Shown: positions 28,337 to 38,474, counted from the first letter of the stretch. The stretch is DNA of 64,000 nt from an uncultured Pseudanabaenaceae cyanobacterium (GCA_937927915.1 CALGKB010000011.1:76632-140631), one strand, 5' to 3'. A program made the numbers and translations. Notes: a model not told the origin generated them from the letters alone.

Positions 28337-29095
28337 ATGAGCAAGGGAATTTCAGCACCGCGCCGATCGGTGGTACGCCACCTGAAGGCAGTGAGAAAAA
28401 AGCTAGTGCCCTTCCTGCACACCGTGAGTAACTTACCCCGCTGGGTCTATGCCTTAGGTGGGTTTAGCCTTTCCCTGCCGCTGTTTCTGGCAACTGCTTC
28501 TGCGCCCCCCCCTGCCCCTGTTGTCCCTCCAACCCAAGTTAAGCCCTCCTCTCCTCCCCCCCCCGCCAAGCCGGACACCCTCTTTGGACACTACGCCTAC
28601 GAGGAAGCCCCTGCCTCAGACCTAGTCACGATCGCTGTTGCTGCCGATAGTTATGCCTTAAAACTACGCACAGCGGCTGCCCAGAGCTTTACCAGGATGC
28701 AAAGGGATGCCAGGGCTGACGGTATCAACCTTGTCCCCCTCTCCGGTTACCGATCGAAGGCAGAGCAGGAGCATTTATTTTTTACCATTGGGCAAGAACG
28801 CAATCAGACCCCAGCGGAACGGGCTAAAGTGAGTGCTCCCCCTGGCTACAGTGAACATCACACAGGCTACGCCATAGACATTGGGGACGGGGACAACCCC
28901 AGTACAGATTTGGCAGAAACCTTTGCCCAAACTGCCGCTTACGCTTGGCTGCGACAGAATGCGGCTCGCTATGGCTTTGAGTTATCCTTTCCTCCTAACA
29001 ACCCCCAGGGAGTGATGTACGAACCCTGGCACTGGCGTTTTGTCGGCGATACGGACAGTCTCAAGACTTTCTACAAGGTGCGCAATCGTAGCTAA
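28337..29095 (+). CDS. D-alanyl-D-alanine carboxypeptidase, VanY/peptidase M15B family
   Basis: ATG at 28337 is preceded by GGAGG, whereas the track start at 28256 has no Shine-Dalgarno. SGYRS..EQ, SEHHTGYAIDI and EPWHWRF are the zinc-ligand motifs. TM anchor and a Pro-rich linker are present. Confidence 0.8.
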   Translation: MSKGISAPRRSVVRHLKAVRKKLVPFLHTVSNLPRWVYALGGFSLSLPLFLATASAPPPAPVVPPTQVKPSSPPPPAKPDTLFGHYAYEEAPASDLVTIAVAADSYALKLRTAAAQSFTRMQRDARADGINLVPLSGYRSKAEQEHLFFTIGQERNQTPAERAKVSAPPGYSEHHTGYAIDIGDGDNPSTDLAETFAQTAAYAWLRQNAARYGFELSFPPNNPQGVMYEPWHWRFVGDTDSLKTFYKVRNRS

Positions 29096-29112
29096 AAAGC
29101 TCTGCCAACCCC

Positions 29113-29140
29113 TTGCATTCAAGGAGAATTTCGGTATAAT
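29113..29140 (+). promoter_or_regulatory. sigma70-type promoter for tRNA-Asn
   Basis: TTGCAT, a 16-nt spacer, then TATAAT. The -10 box ends 16 nt before the mature tRNA 5' end. Confidence 0.5.
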
Positions 29141-29156
29141 TGAGGTCTGTTGCCAA

Positions 29157-29228
29157 TCCTCGGTAGCTCAGCGGTAGAGCGGTCGGCTGTTAACCGATTG
29201 GTCGCAGGTTCGAATCCTGCCCGGGGAG
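29157..29228 (+). tRNA. tRNA-Asn (GTT)
   Basis: Folded by hand into a 72-nt cloverleaf. Acceptor TCCTCGG/CCGGGGA; D arm GCTC-AGCGGTA-GAGC; anticodon arm GTCGG-CTGTTAA-CCGAT; T arm GCAGG-TTCGAAT-CCTGC. No encoded CCA. Confidence 0.93.
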
Positions 29229-29683
29229 TTTCCTAAATCAATTGCCCAGGGTCAACCGCGGTCGCTGGGAGGTACTCTGCTAACTTTTTTGCCTGGCGTT
29301 CTGCCTCCTTCCCCTCTACCCCACTCACCTCTGCCATCAGCTTCCCCCCTCCAATTTGTACGCTGCCAAAGGCGGCAGCACAGACCGGAGAACCAGCCCT
29401 AGAGTGCCTGGTTATTTCTATCAGCAGCTAACTACTAATATCACCCGGCAGGAGAGACTTTCCCGGAGAATGAATACTCTATCCCTAATTGTGGTACGGA
29501 CTACAATGTAGAACAGTTCATCAAAACAGAAATTATACAGCAGGGTAAACTAATCGATCGTATACCTTTCTATTGGCTACGTGCCCCCTATTAGTTCTAT
29601 GTGCAAAATCATAGATACAATAATAATATTCCCATCGCTGAGCAACTAACTAACCCGCGCTATAAACATCTCTATCGTGTCAT

Positions 29684-31099
29684 CTAACGGAGAAATACCT
29701 CCCTCGTGAAACTACCGTGCAAGCCATAGGGGATATGGTGTTCTAAACAGACAATGGCTACAGGTTCACCATCTACTTGACGAGCATCTAAAATGACTAA
29801 CTCCGATCGTTCTTTTTCTGCATTAAATACTAACGTCACTACCCAACCGTCTTCTTCTACAGGGCTATTGGGAATAAATACAGGCTCCCCCACAAAACCC
29901 CTAGGCGCAAAGTTATGAACTTGTTGCTCCCCTGTTTCTAAGTCCAATTTAATAATAGCTTGGAGAGGAGCATTACCCGTTTCCGTAGCTGTACAGCCCA
30001 TATAAACATAGCGGTATTTCTTCCCTACATATTGGGGATGAATGCTAGGAAATTCACAGGAACGACTCAGCAGAAGCTGTCTCTTAACAGTGCCCGTCCT
30101 TTGATGGATGTAAAACCGCCACAACTGCCCAGGAATGACCCGATCGAAATCCACATCTAAAAAGTTAATATTGGGTTCCAATTTGGGATAGGTGGCATAA
30201 CAGACAGAATCTAAAATAATAGTTTCTCCCTCCAGATAGGCGTTACTGTGGTGAAAGATAAAACAGGGGTCAGTGGGATAAGTCTGCAGTTGTCCTGAGC
30301 GGTCAAAAACTAATAACATTGTGGGAGTATCAGGTTTTAACTCCAAACACATTCCCGCCGTCTTAAACCCCAAGAGAAAGGGCAGAGGGTCAAAAGTGAT
30401 AGGATTCTGCGCAAATATTTGATAATTTTCTGTGTAGGCAAAGTCATGGAGGAAACAAAAACCAGGTACCTTAGTTTGATACTGTTCCTGATAGTTACCC
30501 GCACCATCCACAGTAAAAATGCGAATGCGAGATTTCAAACCTGGCTCCACCCCAAACCCCCACAATACACCACTGTCACTATCAAAACGGGGATGGGCAG
30601 TAAACACTTGACCTGGGGCTAGGGCACTATTGAAATTTTCCCTACCGATCGTGTCTAAGTTGTGGGGATCAAGGCGATAGGGCTGTCCTCCCTCCCACAG
30701 AGCTAGGAGCTTACCGCCATGATAGATAACGTTAGTGTTGGCAATATTTTTCAGTTTGCGGTCAAAGAAATTCTGCCACCAGCCCCCTGGTTTTTGCGTA
30801 CCAAACACACCGCGATAGAGAATTTTGCCTGCCCTTTCTTCTGCCAGAAATTCCGGTGTCCTCACAAACTTGTTACAAAAATGTACCTTGCCATCAACAA
30901 AACTAAAGCGACATACCATACCGTCCCCATCAAAGGGATGTCCATAGGGCTGACCATTGCGATCGAGTAATCCCGGTCCATTGCGAAACAGCGTGCCTGT
31001 AAAGGGAATGTGACCCCTCACCTCCTGCACCCAGTAGGAATACTCCCCCCGCTGGGACTTGTAGCCCTTCTGCCAATCCGATCGGGTAAATGTCGCCAT
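29684..31099 (-). CDS. carotenoid/apocarotenoid cleavage oxygenase (RPE65/CCD family)
   Basis: I prefer the ATG at 31099 (MATFTRSDW..). CCD-family blocks FDGDGMV, the HPxxD-like TAHPRFD, HDFA.TENY and FHHSNAY carry the four-His iron ligands. Confidence 0.85.
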   Translation of the reverse strand: MATFTRSDWQKGYKSQRGEYSYWVQEVRGHIPFTGTLFRNGPGLLDRNGQPYGHPFDGDGMVCRFSFVDGKVHFCNKFVRTPEFLAEERAGKILYRGVFGTQKPGGWWQNFFDRKLKNIANTNVIYHGGKLLALWEGGQPYRLDPHNLDTIGRENFNSALAPGQVFTAHPRFDSDSGVLWGFGVEPGLKSRIRIFTVDGAGNYQEQYQTKVPGFCFLHDFAYTENYQIFAQNPITFDPLPFLLGFKTAGMCLELKPDTPTMLLVFDRSGQLQTYPTDPCFIFHHSNAYLEGETIILDSVCYATYPKLEPNINFLDVDFDRVIPGQLWRFYIHQRTGTVKRQLLLSRSCEFPSIHPQYVGKKYRYVYMGCTATETGNAPLQAIIKLDLETGEQQVHNFAPRGFVGEPVFIPNSPVEEDGWVVTLVFNAEKERSELVILDARQVDGEPVAIVCLEHHIPYGLHGSFTREVFLR

Positions 31100-31326
31100 G
31101 CCTACCTTCACAATCTTTATCTTATTGTAACAAAAGTTAATGAAATATGGCAATGCGTTGTGACCTAGGCAGAAGTTTGCGGGAAGTTGAGTAATGAATC
31201 TCTTAGTTTTGCTATCGGGATTGTTAACAGATAATGCAAATTATATCAAACTTGCAATAGTCATAGCATTGTCTAAAAAATAGGTAGAATGGAATTAAAG
31301 CAGTTGTGTTTACGGGGGAAAAGGAT

Positions 31327-31455
31327 ATGAAAGCTTTACAACAGTTAATCCGTTATATTGAAGATGCCATTATGCGCATTTTTGGTCCTGCCAAGGATAA
31401 CTATCCCAAAACAGGGGAACAACCCTTTAGCGGTGAAACCGATCGTGTAGCTTAA
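31327..31455 (+). CDS. hypothetical 42-aa protein (below ORF-track cutoff)
   Basis: ATG preceded by GGGGGAAAAGGAT. Sequence MKALQQLIRYIEDAIMRIFGPAKDNYPKTGEQPFSGETDRVA. The stop lies 1 nt before the tilS TTG. No family assigned with confidence. Confidence 0.4.
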   Translation: MKALQQLIRYIEDAIMRIFGPAKDNYPKTGEQPFSGETDRVA

Positions 31456-31456
31456 C

Positions 31457-32437
31457 TTGAAGGATGTCCGCATCAAATTCCATCAAAAGATTGCCCTGCT
31501 CCCTAGTTATTCTAGCATTTTAATTGCCGTTTCCGGGGGGCAGGATTCTCTCTGTTTAGCCCATTTACTGAAAACTTTCCAAACTAAGTATCATTGGCAG
31601 CTAGCAGTTGCCCACTGTGACCACAAATGGCGATCGGATAGTACAGAGAACGCTCATCACGTCGCTAAATTTGCCCAGGATTTGGACTTACCTTTTTACT
31701 GTAGAACTGCCCTTAATCCCCCCCGCAGCGAAGCTACAGCCCGGGAGTGGCGCTATCAAATGCTGATAGAAATGGCGGAAGAGGCGGGGGCTAGTATTAT
31801 CGCAACGGGACATACTCTAACCGATCGGGCGGAGACAATTCTGTTTAATTTTTTGCGCGGGGCGGGACTAGAGGGTCTGCAATCTCTAACGTGGGAACGT
31901 CTGCTCAGGGAGGGGATAAAATTGGTGCGACCTCTGCTAGGGATTAGCCGAGGGGAAACCCTTGCCTACTGCAACTTTTACCGGCTACCTATTTGGGAAG
32001 ATAGTACTAATACTGATAGCAAATACAAACGCAATCGGCTGCGCCATGAGGTGTTCCCCTATCTCCAACAGCACTTCAATCCCCAGCTAGAAACAACCCT
32101 TGCCCATACAGCAGAAATCCTCGCTGATGATGTGCAATTTTGGCAAAGCTACATAGACAATCTGTGGCAGAAACATCAACTTAGTAGCCACCTACCCAAA
32201 ATCGATCGGACTGTTTTGCAGAGTTATAGTCGATCGGTGCAAAGACGCATAGTGCGCAAGTTCCTGCAGCTTTATATCCCTGAGGAATTGGGATTTGACC
32301 ATATTGAAAAAGTAGTAAAACTGATTCACAGTCCCAACCGCAGTCAATGTGACCCTCTCCCAGGCAAGGCAATAGTAGTAGTAGAACATCCCTGGCTATG
32401 CTTGCAATTTGCTACAATTTCTGAGAAGTCTAGCTAG
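31457..32437 (+). CDS. tilS: tRNA(Ile)-lysidine synthase
   Basis: 326 aa. PP-loop SGGQDS; HCDHKWR and TGHTLTDRAET blocks. The TTG start is uncertain. Confidence 0.88.
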   Translation: MKDVRIKFHQKIALLPSYSSILIAVSGGQDSLCLAHLLKTFQTKYHWQLAVAHCDHKWRSDSTENAHHVAKFAQDLDLPFYCRTALNPPRSEATAREWRYQMLIEMAEEAGASIIATGHTLTDRAETILFNFLRGAGLEGLQSLTWERLLREGIKLVRPLLGISRGETLAYCNFYRLPIWEDSTNTDSKYKRNRLRHEVFPYLQQHFNPQLETTLAHTAEILADDVQFWQSYIDNLWQKHQLSSHLPKIDRTVLQSYSRSVQRRIVRKFLQLYIPEELGFDHIEKVVKLIHSPNRSQCDPLPGKAIVVVEHPWLCLQFATISEKSS

Positions 32438-32443
32438 GTTGCT

Positions 32444-32749
32444 ATGTATAGCTTTTTACAGGTCACTTGGATTGTCGTTGCTATTTTACTCATCTTTTTT
32501 ATCTTACTCCACAGTCCCAAGGGGGATGGTTTAGGGGGAATTGGGGGACAGAGCTTTGCTACTACGAAAACTGCAGAACAAACCCTCAATCAAACAACTT
32601 GGACGCTGCTGATTGCCTTCCTAGGAATTGCCGTTGTCTTGGGGGCAGGGTGGATTAAACCCAATAGTCCCTCTGTGCCTGCACCCCCGCCTGCTGCTAG
32701 CTCTCCTCCTGCAATACCGACGGATTTAACTGCGCCAGAGAGTAAGTAA
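32444..32749 (+). CDS. secG: preprotein translocase subunit SecG with a Pro-rich C-terminal tail
   Basis: 101 aa. Two TM helices flank the Gly-rich loop LLHSPKGDGLGGIGGQ. About 25 extra P/A/S-rich residues follow at the C-terminus. Confidence 0.75.
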   Translation: MYSFLQVTWIVVAILLIFFILLHSPKGDGLGGIGGQSFATTKTAEQTLNQTTWTLLIAFLGIAVVLGAGWIKPNSPSVPAPPPAASSPPAIPTDLTAPESK

Positions 32750-33341
32750 GTTTTTCTGCCAAAGACTGAATCCAAGCTTCATCTTGATTGGTGTAACTAC
32801 GGGGGACATTTGCCCCCAAAATTAGTGCCCCTTTGTCACCCACAGGTTGCACAATTACACTCTGCGTGTTTTCTGGTAGGTAGTCAAATTCAATTTTGCC
32901 GGGATACAAACTAAGCTGCACAAGATAGAGAGGTTTCTGCTTGGTCATTACAGTTTGTACTAATTTACCAGGTTGTGCCATATTTTGGGGGGGCAGAATT
33001 CCCCGCGCCAATAACAGGTGATTATCGTACCAAATTACGACAGAACGGGTGACAGTCAATGTCAGCAAAGTGTGGGAGAGCCAAGCTAATTCCGCTTGTA
33101 AACTTGATGGCAAACTGGCATTGAGATAAAATCGATCCTCACCCTTTAATACCACTGCTGTAGGGGGCACAGGCTGAATATTTTGCCACAGTAGAAATAC
33201 TAAAACTAACATGGCAGCTGCTAATATGCCCAGGGCATCCGATCGGGCTTGGCTTGGCAATAGATCAGCGGTGAAAAGACGATTTACTACCAGACCCATA
33301 CCTACAATAATGCCAGTTACAAGGGGCAAGTAACGCCACAT
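32697..33341 (-). CDS. membrane protein, possibly CCB2/CCB4-like (cofactor assembly of complex C)
   Basis: 214 aa. Two N-terminal TM helices then a soluble domain. The family assignment comes from memory of the general architecture only. Confidence 0.35.
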   Translation of the reverse strand: MWRYLPLVTGIIVGMGLVVNRLFTADLLPSQARSDALGILAAAMLVLVFLLWQNIQPVPPTAVVLKGEDRFYLNASLPSSLQAELAWLSHTLLTLTVTRSVVIWYDNHLLLARGILPPQNMAQPGKLVQTVMTKQKPLYLVQLSLYPGKIEFDYLPENTQSVIVQPVGDKGALILGANVPRSYTNQDEAWIQSLAEKLTYSLAQLNPSVLQEES

Positions 33342-33408
33342 AGTCTAGTTAAAGTTGCTTCCTGACTCCTCCTATTCTGCCACAACCCTACCTAATTATC
33401 CCTAACTA

Positions 33409-33438
33409 TTGACGTATCAAGATTATTTGATGTAACTT
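33409..33438 (+). promoter_or_regulatory. candidate ars promoter with an embedded inverted repeat
   Basis: TTGACG, an 18-nt spacer, then TAACTT. The spacer contains ATCAA-N6-TTGAT (33416-33431). Lies about 30 nt upstream of the acr3 start. Confidence 0.35.
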
Positions 33439-33466
33439 CAGAAACAGAACGCGTTAGGAGAAGATT

Positions 33467-34621
33467 TTGGCAAATCAAGGTGGAACAGGGTCAAAGGGCA
33501 TTGGGCTGAGCTTCTTTGAAAAATACTTGACGGTGTGGGTTTTTCTCTGCATTGTGGTGGGGATTGTTGTAGGCAAGGTGTTTCCCCAGTTGGCAGAGAC
33601 CCTCGATCGGATGGCGGTTTATCAGGTGTCAATTCCTATTGCCGTTTGCCTATTTTTTATGATGTATCCCATCATGGTCAAGATTGATTTTTCCCAGATT
33701 GTCAAGGCAGCGCAAACCCCCAAACCTGTACTATTAACTTTGGTGGTGAACTGGCTGATTAAGCCCTTTACCATGGTGGCTTTTGCCCAATTTTTTCTGG
33801 GAAATTTATTCCGTCCGCTGCTCACGCAGACTGAAGTAATTAGGGGAATAGAAGTTAACATTGCTGATTCCTACATTGCTGGTTGTATTCTCCTGGGCAT
33901 TGCCCCTTGTACGGCGATGGTCTTGATGTGGGGTTATCTCTCCTATAGCAATCAGGGACATACTTTAGTGATGGTGGCAATCAATTCTTTGACCATGTTA
34001 TTTCTCTATGCTCCCCTCGGCAAACTCCTTCTTTCTACTAGTAATTTTCCTGTACCTTGGCAGACGATTTTACTATCAGTTTTAGTATATGTGGGCATTC
34101 CCCTTGCTGCTGGCATCTATAGTCGCTACTGGATATTTAAGCACAAGGGACGGGCATGGTTTGAAACCAAGTTTCTCCAATATCTCAACCCCATTGCTAT
34201 TACTGCTCTCCTCACCACTCTAATTCTTTTATTTGCCTTCAAAGGAGATTTAATTATCAATAATCCCTTCCATATTTTATTGATTGCTATACCTTTGTTT
34301 ATCCAAACCAATTTTATCTTTCTGATTTCCTATGTCGCTGCTCTCAAACTGGGTTTGATCTATGAAGATGCTGCCCCTGCTGCCCTCATCGGTGCTAGTA
34401 ATCATTTTGAGGTGGCAATTGCGACAGCGATCGTTTTGTTTGGTCTTGATTCGGGAGCTGCTTTAGCAACTGTGGTGGGGGTTTTAATTGAGGTGCCTGT
34501 GATGTTAATGTTAGTAGAAATCTGTAGGCGGACAGCTTTTTGGTTTCCCCGTGACCCCAGTAAGGCGTCTCTGTTTGACCCTCGGTGCTTACCCATCAAC
34601 CCCTTAGAAGTGGAGGAGTAA
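33467..34621 (+). CDS. acr3: arsenite efflux transporter, ACR3 family
   Basis: 384 aa with about 10 TM helices. ACR3 blocks ([34 protein letters not shown]). TTG start with AGGAG upstream. Confidence 0.88.
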   Translation: MANQGGTGSKGIGLSFFEKYLTVWVFLCIVVGIVVGKVFPQLAETLDRMAVYQVSIPIAVCLFFMMYPIMVKIDFSQIVKAAQTPKPVLLTLVVNWLIKPFTMVAFAQFFLGNLFRPLLTQTEVIRGIEVNIADSYIAGCILLGIAPCTAMVLMWGYLSYSNQGHTLVMVAINSLTMLFLYAPLGKLLLSTSNFPVPWQTILLSVLVYVGIPLAAGIYSRYWIFKHKGRAWFETKFLQYLNPIAITALLTTLILLFAFKGDLIINNPFHILLIAIPLFIQTNFIFLISYVAALKLGLIYEDAAPAALIGASNHFEVAIATAIVLFGLDSGAALATVVGVLIEVPVMLMLVEICRRTAFWFPRDPSKASLFDPRCLPINPLEVEE

Positions 34622-34624
34622 CCT

Positions 34625-35020
34625 ATGAAAAAAGTGATGTTTGTCTGTAAGAAAAATTCCCGCCGTTCCCAAATGGCAGAAGGCTTTGCTAAGACCCTCG
34701 GTAAAGACAAGGTTACTGTGGTCAGTGCTGGTTTGGCAGCTAGTTTTATTGACCCCAAAACGATCGAGGTGATGGCAGAGGTGGGTATTGACATTAGTCA
34801 GCAAACTTCTAAACCCCTCAAGGATTTTCAGCCTACAGAATTTGACGCCGTGATTTCTCTGTGCGGGTGTGGTGTCAATTTACCCCCCGAATGGCTAACA
34901 AGGGAAATTTTTGAGGATTGGCAGCTGGAGGACCCTGAAGGCAAGGACTTAGATACTTACCGCCGCGTGCGGGATGAGGTAAAGGCTAGAGTAGAAGACT
35001 TGCTTGCCCGCCTAGGTTAG
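34625..35020 (+). CDS. arsC: arsenate reductase, LMW-PTP type, Synechocystis-like hybrid (Cys8/Cys80/Cys82)
   Basis: 131 aa. CX5R(S) P-loop at C8 (VCKKNSRRS) and CGC at residues 80-82. Confidence 0.88.
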   Translation: MKKVMFVCKKNSRRSQMAEGFAKTLGKDKVTVVSAGLAASFIDPKTIEVMAEVGIDISQQTSKPLKDFQPTEFDAVISLCGCGVNLPPEWLTREIFEDWQLEDPEGKDLDTYRRVRDEVKARVEDLLARLG

Positions 35021-36331
35021 GTTGCGGGGGGGAATCGCCCGCCCCTGGTAGAATTGGCGCCGCAGAGTGCCCAGACCCAGCCCCATTGCCCCTGCCACCA
35101 GCCCTAGGATGCCGCTTGCCACCTCCCAATCCTGCGTCAGGCACAACAAAGCCATCGCCCCCAGTCCCATTGCTATGTTCCGTAACCGATCGATATAGCG
35201 CAGCGCTCTCCCACAACTGCTACAGTGCTGGGTATGGGAATGGTAACGATCGAGGAGTTGTTCTTTAGTAAGTAGGGGGGGTAATTTTTTGCCAGGGAAG
35301 GGATCGACTTGGTATTGCTGTAGCCACTGATGGAATTCTAAGACAAATAAATCTGCTTTTGTCGGTAGGTAAAATGCGCGGCTGACATGGGCACTGCCCC
35401 CCCTTTCTTCTAGGTAGCGCTCCTGGTGATGTAGAAAAATTTGGTCATCTTCTAAAACAGCATTTTGCCCTAGGTGGGAAAGCCAGAGGGGGGTCCAACG
35501 CAAAATAAGGCGGGGAATCCTAGCAGCCAAGCGGAAGGGAAAACGCGCAAATACACGACATTTACCTTTATCAATCGGTGTCGCATACACCACAGTCAAA
35601 GTGCGTCCCAATTGTTGAGAAGTGAGGTCATGCCACATTAAATTGGGGGCAACAAAATGGGTAGTTTGACTGCCTAACTTGCCTTTGCGGGGTCCCTCTG
35701 CCCAAAAACCCACAAAACCGTTGCGTCCTGACTGTAGTATTTTTAATTCCAGGGGGGCAGTATTAGCCCGATTCCCCACCGATCGGTGATGGGTAAAGGG
35801 TAGGTGACTAGAATCTAAGACATTCTCCAGCAGAGTAAAGGCATCGTAGGGTAAATCCCGAAAAGTATCCAGACAAACCCACTCCTGAGGGGCACTTTCC
35901 GCCTCGGCAATGGCAGGAACAAGGGGAATTGTCCCTGGGTCTGCTGCTACCCCTGGCTTGGCGTAAACAAACAACAATCCCTGCTGCACCACGGCGGCGT
36001 AGACCTGCGCACAGGCACGCTGAGAACGGTGGGCATCACCCCCCTCCCTTTGCTGAGGAATACGTTGACAATCGCCTTTGCCATCAAAAGCCCAGCCGTG
36101 ATAGGGACATTCTAAATACCCCTCCTCATTGATGCGCCCCTCCGACAGAGTTGCCAGACGATGGGGACACCGATCGGCAAACACCCGCCACTGCCCATCC
36201 CACCAGATCACCAGGGGTTGACCAAGGAGTGTGAAACTCTGGGGTTTATCTTTCTGCAAGTCCCGTTCGTAGGCAATGGGATACCACGCTTCGTAGCAGT
36301 CAAAGACATCGGGATTATTACCGCCTAGCAT
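35012..36331 (-). CDS. Rieske [2Fe-2S] non-haem iron oxygenase, PaO/Tic55-like
   Basis: ATG at 36331 with GGAGGAG upstream; the track start at 36346 is a TTG. Rieske CPHR..-x-CPYHGW. Mononuclear-iron region and a C-terminal CxxC plus TM anchor, as in PaO-type proteins. Confidence 0.8.
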   Translation of the reverse strand: MLGGNNPDVFDCYEAWYPIAYERDLQKDKPQSFTLLGQPLVIWWDGQWRVFADRCPHRLATLSEGRINEEGYLECPYHGWAFDGKGDCQRIPQQREGGDAHRSQRACAQVYAAVVQQGLLFVYAKPGVAADPGTIPLVPAIAEAESAPQEWVCLDTFRDLPYDAFTLLENVLDSSHLPFTHHRSVGNRANTAPLELKILQSGRNGFVGFWAEGPRKGKLGSQTTHFVAPNLMWHDLTSQQLGRTLTVVYATPIDKGKCRVFARFPFRLAARIPRLILRWTPLWLSHLGQNAVLEDDQIFLHHQERYLEERGGSAHVSRAFYLPTKADLFVLEFHQWLQQYQVDPFPGKKLPPLLTKEQLLDRYHSHTQHCSSCGRALRYIDRLRNIAMGLGAMALLCLTQDWEVASGILGLVAGAMGLGLGTLRRQFYQGRAIPPRNLT

Positions 36332-36455
36332 TCCCTCTCCTCCCAAATAGCTAGTTTATAGTAGAGGAAAAAAAGAGAGGGAGACAACTTCTATAGACTG
36401 ATGTCTAGCTCAGTTCCATGATAGAAAATAGTACAAAATTGCATTGCTGTAAACT

Positions 36456-38459
36456 ATGGCGCGGTTTCACATCCAAGCTCCCTGGCCACCTACAGCCGAT
36501 CAACCAAAAGCGATCGCTCAGTTACTAGAGGGATTACACACAGGTTATCGTTATCAAACGCTCCTGGGGGCAACGGGGACAGGCAAAACTATGACGATCG
36601 CCCATGTAATTGCAGCCTATCAACGTCCAACTTTAGTCTTAGCGCCCAATAAAACTCTGGCTGCCCAATTGTGCAATGAATTAAGACAGTTTTTCCCCCA
36701 TAATGCCGTTGAATATTTCATCAGTTACTATGACTACTATCAACCGGAAGCCTATATCCCTGTCACCGATACTTATATAGAAAAAAGTGCTTCTATTAAC
36801 GATGAAATTGATATGTTAAGGCACTCTGCTACTCGATCCCTATTTGAACGGGAAGATGTCATCGTTGTTGCTTCCGTCAGTTGTATCTATGGTTTAGGCA
36901 TCCCTGAGGAATACTTAAAGGCGGCAATCCCTTTACGGGTGGGGACAGAGGTAAATCAGCGGGAGTTATTATTAGCCTTGGCGGAGGTACAGTACGATCG
37001 CCATGATATAGAAATGGGGAGGGGCAAATTCCGAGTACGGGGGGATATTTTGGAAATTGGACCCGCCTATGACGATCGGGTTATTCGCGTGGAGTTCTTT
37101 GGCGATGAAATTGAAGCTATCCGCTATATTGATCCCCTCACGGGGGAAACTTTGGCTAGTTTAGAGGCGGTAAATATCTATCCCGCCCGCCACTTTGTTA
37201 CACCCAAAGAGAGATTAGAAGAAGCCTGTCAACAAATTGAGCAGGAATTAGAAGAGCGATTGGCAGAGCTAATACAAGCTAACAAACTAGTGGAAGCACA
37301 GCGCCTAGAACAACGCACCCGTTATGATGTGGAATTACTACGGACAGTAGGATATTGCAACGGTATTGAAAATTATTCCCGCCATTTAGCAGGGCGCAAA
37401 GCCGGTGAACCTCCCGCTTGTCTAGTTAATTACTTCCCCAAGGATTGGTTGTTAGTTGTCGACGAATCCCATGTCACCATACCACAACTGCGGGGAATGT
37501 ATAACGGCGATCGATCGCGGAAATTAACTTTAATAGAACATGGTTTTCGTCTTCCCAGTGCAGCAGATAACCGTCCCCTCAAGGCAGAGGAATTTTGGCA
37601 GTTAGTGGAAAAATGTATTTTTGTTTCTGCTACCCCTGGGGATTGGGAATTGCAGGTATCCCAACAGGTGGTGGAGCAAATTATTAGACCTACTGGTGTC
37701 CTTGACCCTGAGATTTTTGTCCGTCCTACCGCTGGACAGGTAGATGATTTACTAGGGGAAATAAAACTGCGGGTGCAAAGAAAAGAGCGGGTCTTAATTA
37801 CTACGCTTACAAAACGCATGGCAGAGGATTTAACTAACTACTTACAGGAGCGCAATATTGCAGTACGCTATCTTCATTCCGATGTAAAACCGATCGAGCG
37901 CATTGAAATTTTACAAGCTCTGCGCAATGGCGATTTTGATGTTTTGATTGGGGTCAACCTTTTGCGGGAAGGTTTGGATTTACCTGAAGTTTCTTTGGTA
38001 GCTATTCTTGATGCCGATAAAGAAGGGTTTTTACGGGCAGAACGATCGTTAATTCAAACTATTGGGCGTGCCGCCCGCAATGTCCATGGTCAGGTGATTA
38101 TGTATGCCGATCGGTTGACGGAAAGCATGGAAAAAGCGATCAATGAAACTGCCCGCCGCCGCGCCTTGCAAATGGAGTACAACGAAAAACACGGCATCAC
38201 TCCCCAGCCCATAGTCAAAGGAGGGGGTAACGCCATTTTGGAGTTTTTATCCCTCTCCCGCCGTCTCCAGGAACAACAGGTTGAGTATCAGGTCAACCCC
38301 AGTCAAGAAGTCAGCCTCGATGAACTACCAGAACTGATTGAAAAACTGGAAGCGGAAATGAAGGAAGCTGCCCGTAAACAAGCCTATGAACAGGCTGCCG
38401 CTCTGCGCGATCGGATTAAAAAACTGCGCGATCGTCTTTTACATCGACCCTCTGCTTGA
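36456..38459 (+). CDS. uvrB: excinuclease ABC subunit B
   Basis: 667 aa. Walker A GATGTGKT; helicase motifs ([15 protein letters not shown]); C-terminal UVR domain ([15 protein letters not shown]). Confidence 0.96.
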   Translation: MARFHIQAPWPPTADQPKAIAQLLEGLHTGYRYQTLLGATGTGKTMTIAHVIAAYQRPTLVLAPNKTLAAQLCNELRQFFPHNAVEYFISYYDYYQPEAYIPVTDTYIEKSASINDEIDMLRHSATRSLFEREDVIVVASVSCIYGLGIPEEYLKAAIPLRVGTEVNQRELLLALAEVQYDRHDIEMGRGKFRVRGDILEIGPAYDDRVIRVEFFGDEIEAIRYIDPLTGETLASLEAVNIYPARHFVTPKERLEEACQQIEQELEERLAELIQANKLVEAQRLEQRTRYDVELLRTVGYCNGIENYSRHLAGRKAGEPPACLVNYFPKDWLLVVDESHVTIPQLRGMYNGDRSRKLTLIEHGFRLPSAADNRPLKAEEFWQLVEKCIFVSATPGDWELQVSQQVVEQIIRPTGVLDPEIFVRPTAGQVDDLLGEIKLRVQRKERVLITTLTKRMAEDLTNYLQERNIAVRYLHSDVKPIERIEILQALRNGDFDVLIGVNLLREGLDLPEVSLVAILDADKEGFLRAERSLIQTIGRAARNVHGQVIMYADRLTESMEKAINETARRRALQMEYNEKHGITPQPIVKGGGNAILEFLSLSRRLQEQQVEYQVNPSQEVSLDELPELIEKLEAEMKEAARKQAYEQAAALRDRIKKLRDRLLHRPSA

Positions 38460-38474
38460 TGCCATCAGGAGGCA

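Noticed and set aside
29235-29337. 34-codon minus-strand ORF (MAEVSGVEGKEAERQAKKLAEYLPATAVDPGQLI) ending 5 nt from tRNA-Asn
   Set aside because: No Shine-Dalgarno and no recognisable family. Its length is within chance expectation for this GC content. It cannot be supported without conservation data.
36347-36455. Possible LexA box (AGTAC...) upstream of uvrB
   Set aside because: Only one half-site-like AGTAC is present (TAGTACAAAATTGCATTG), with no matching inverted GTAC/GTTC half at the expected spacing.
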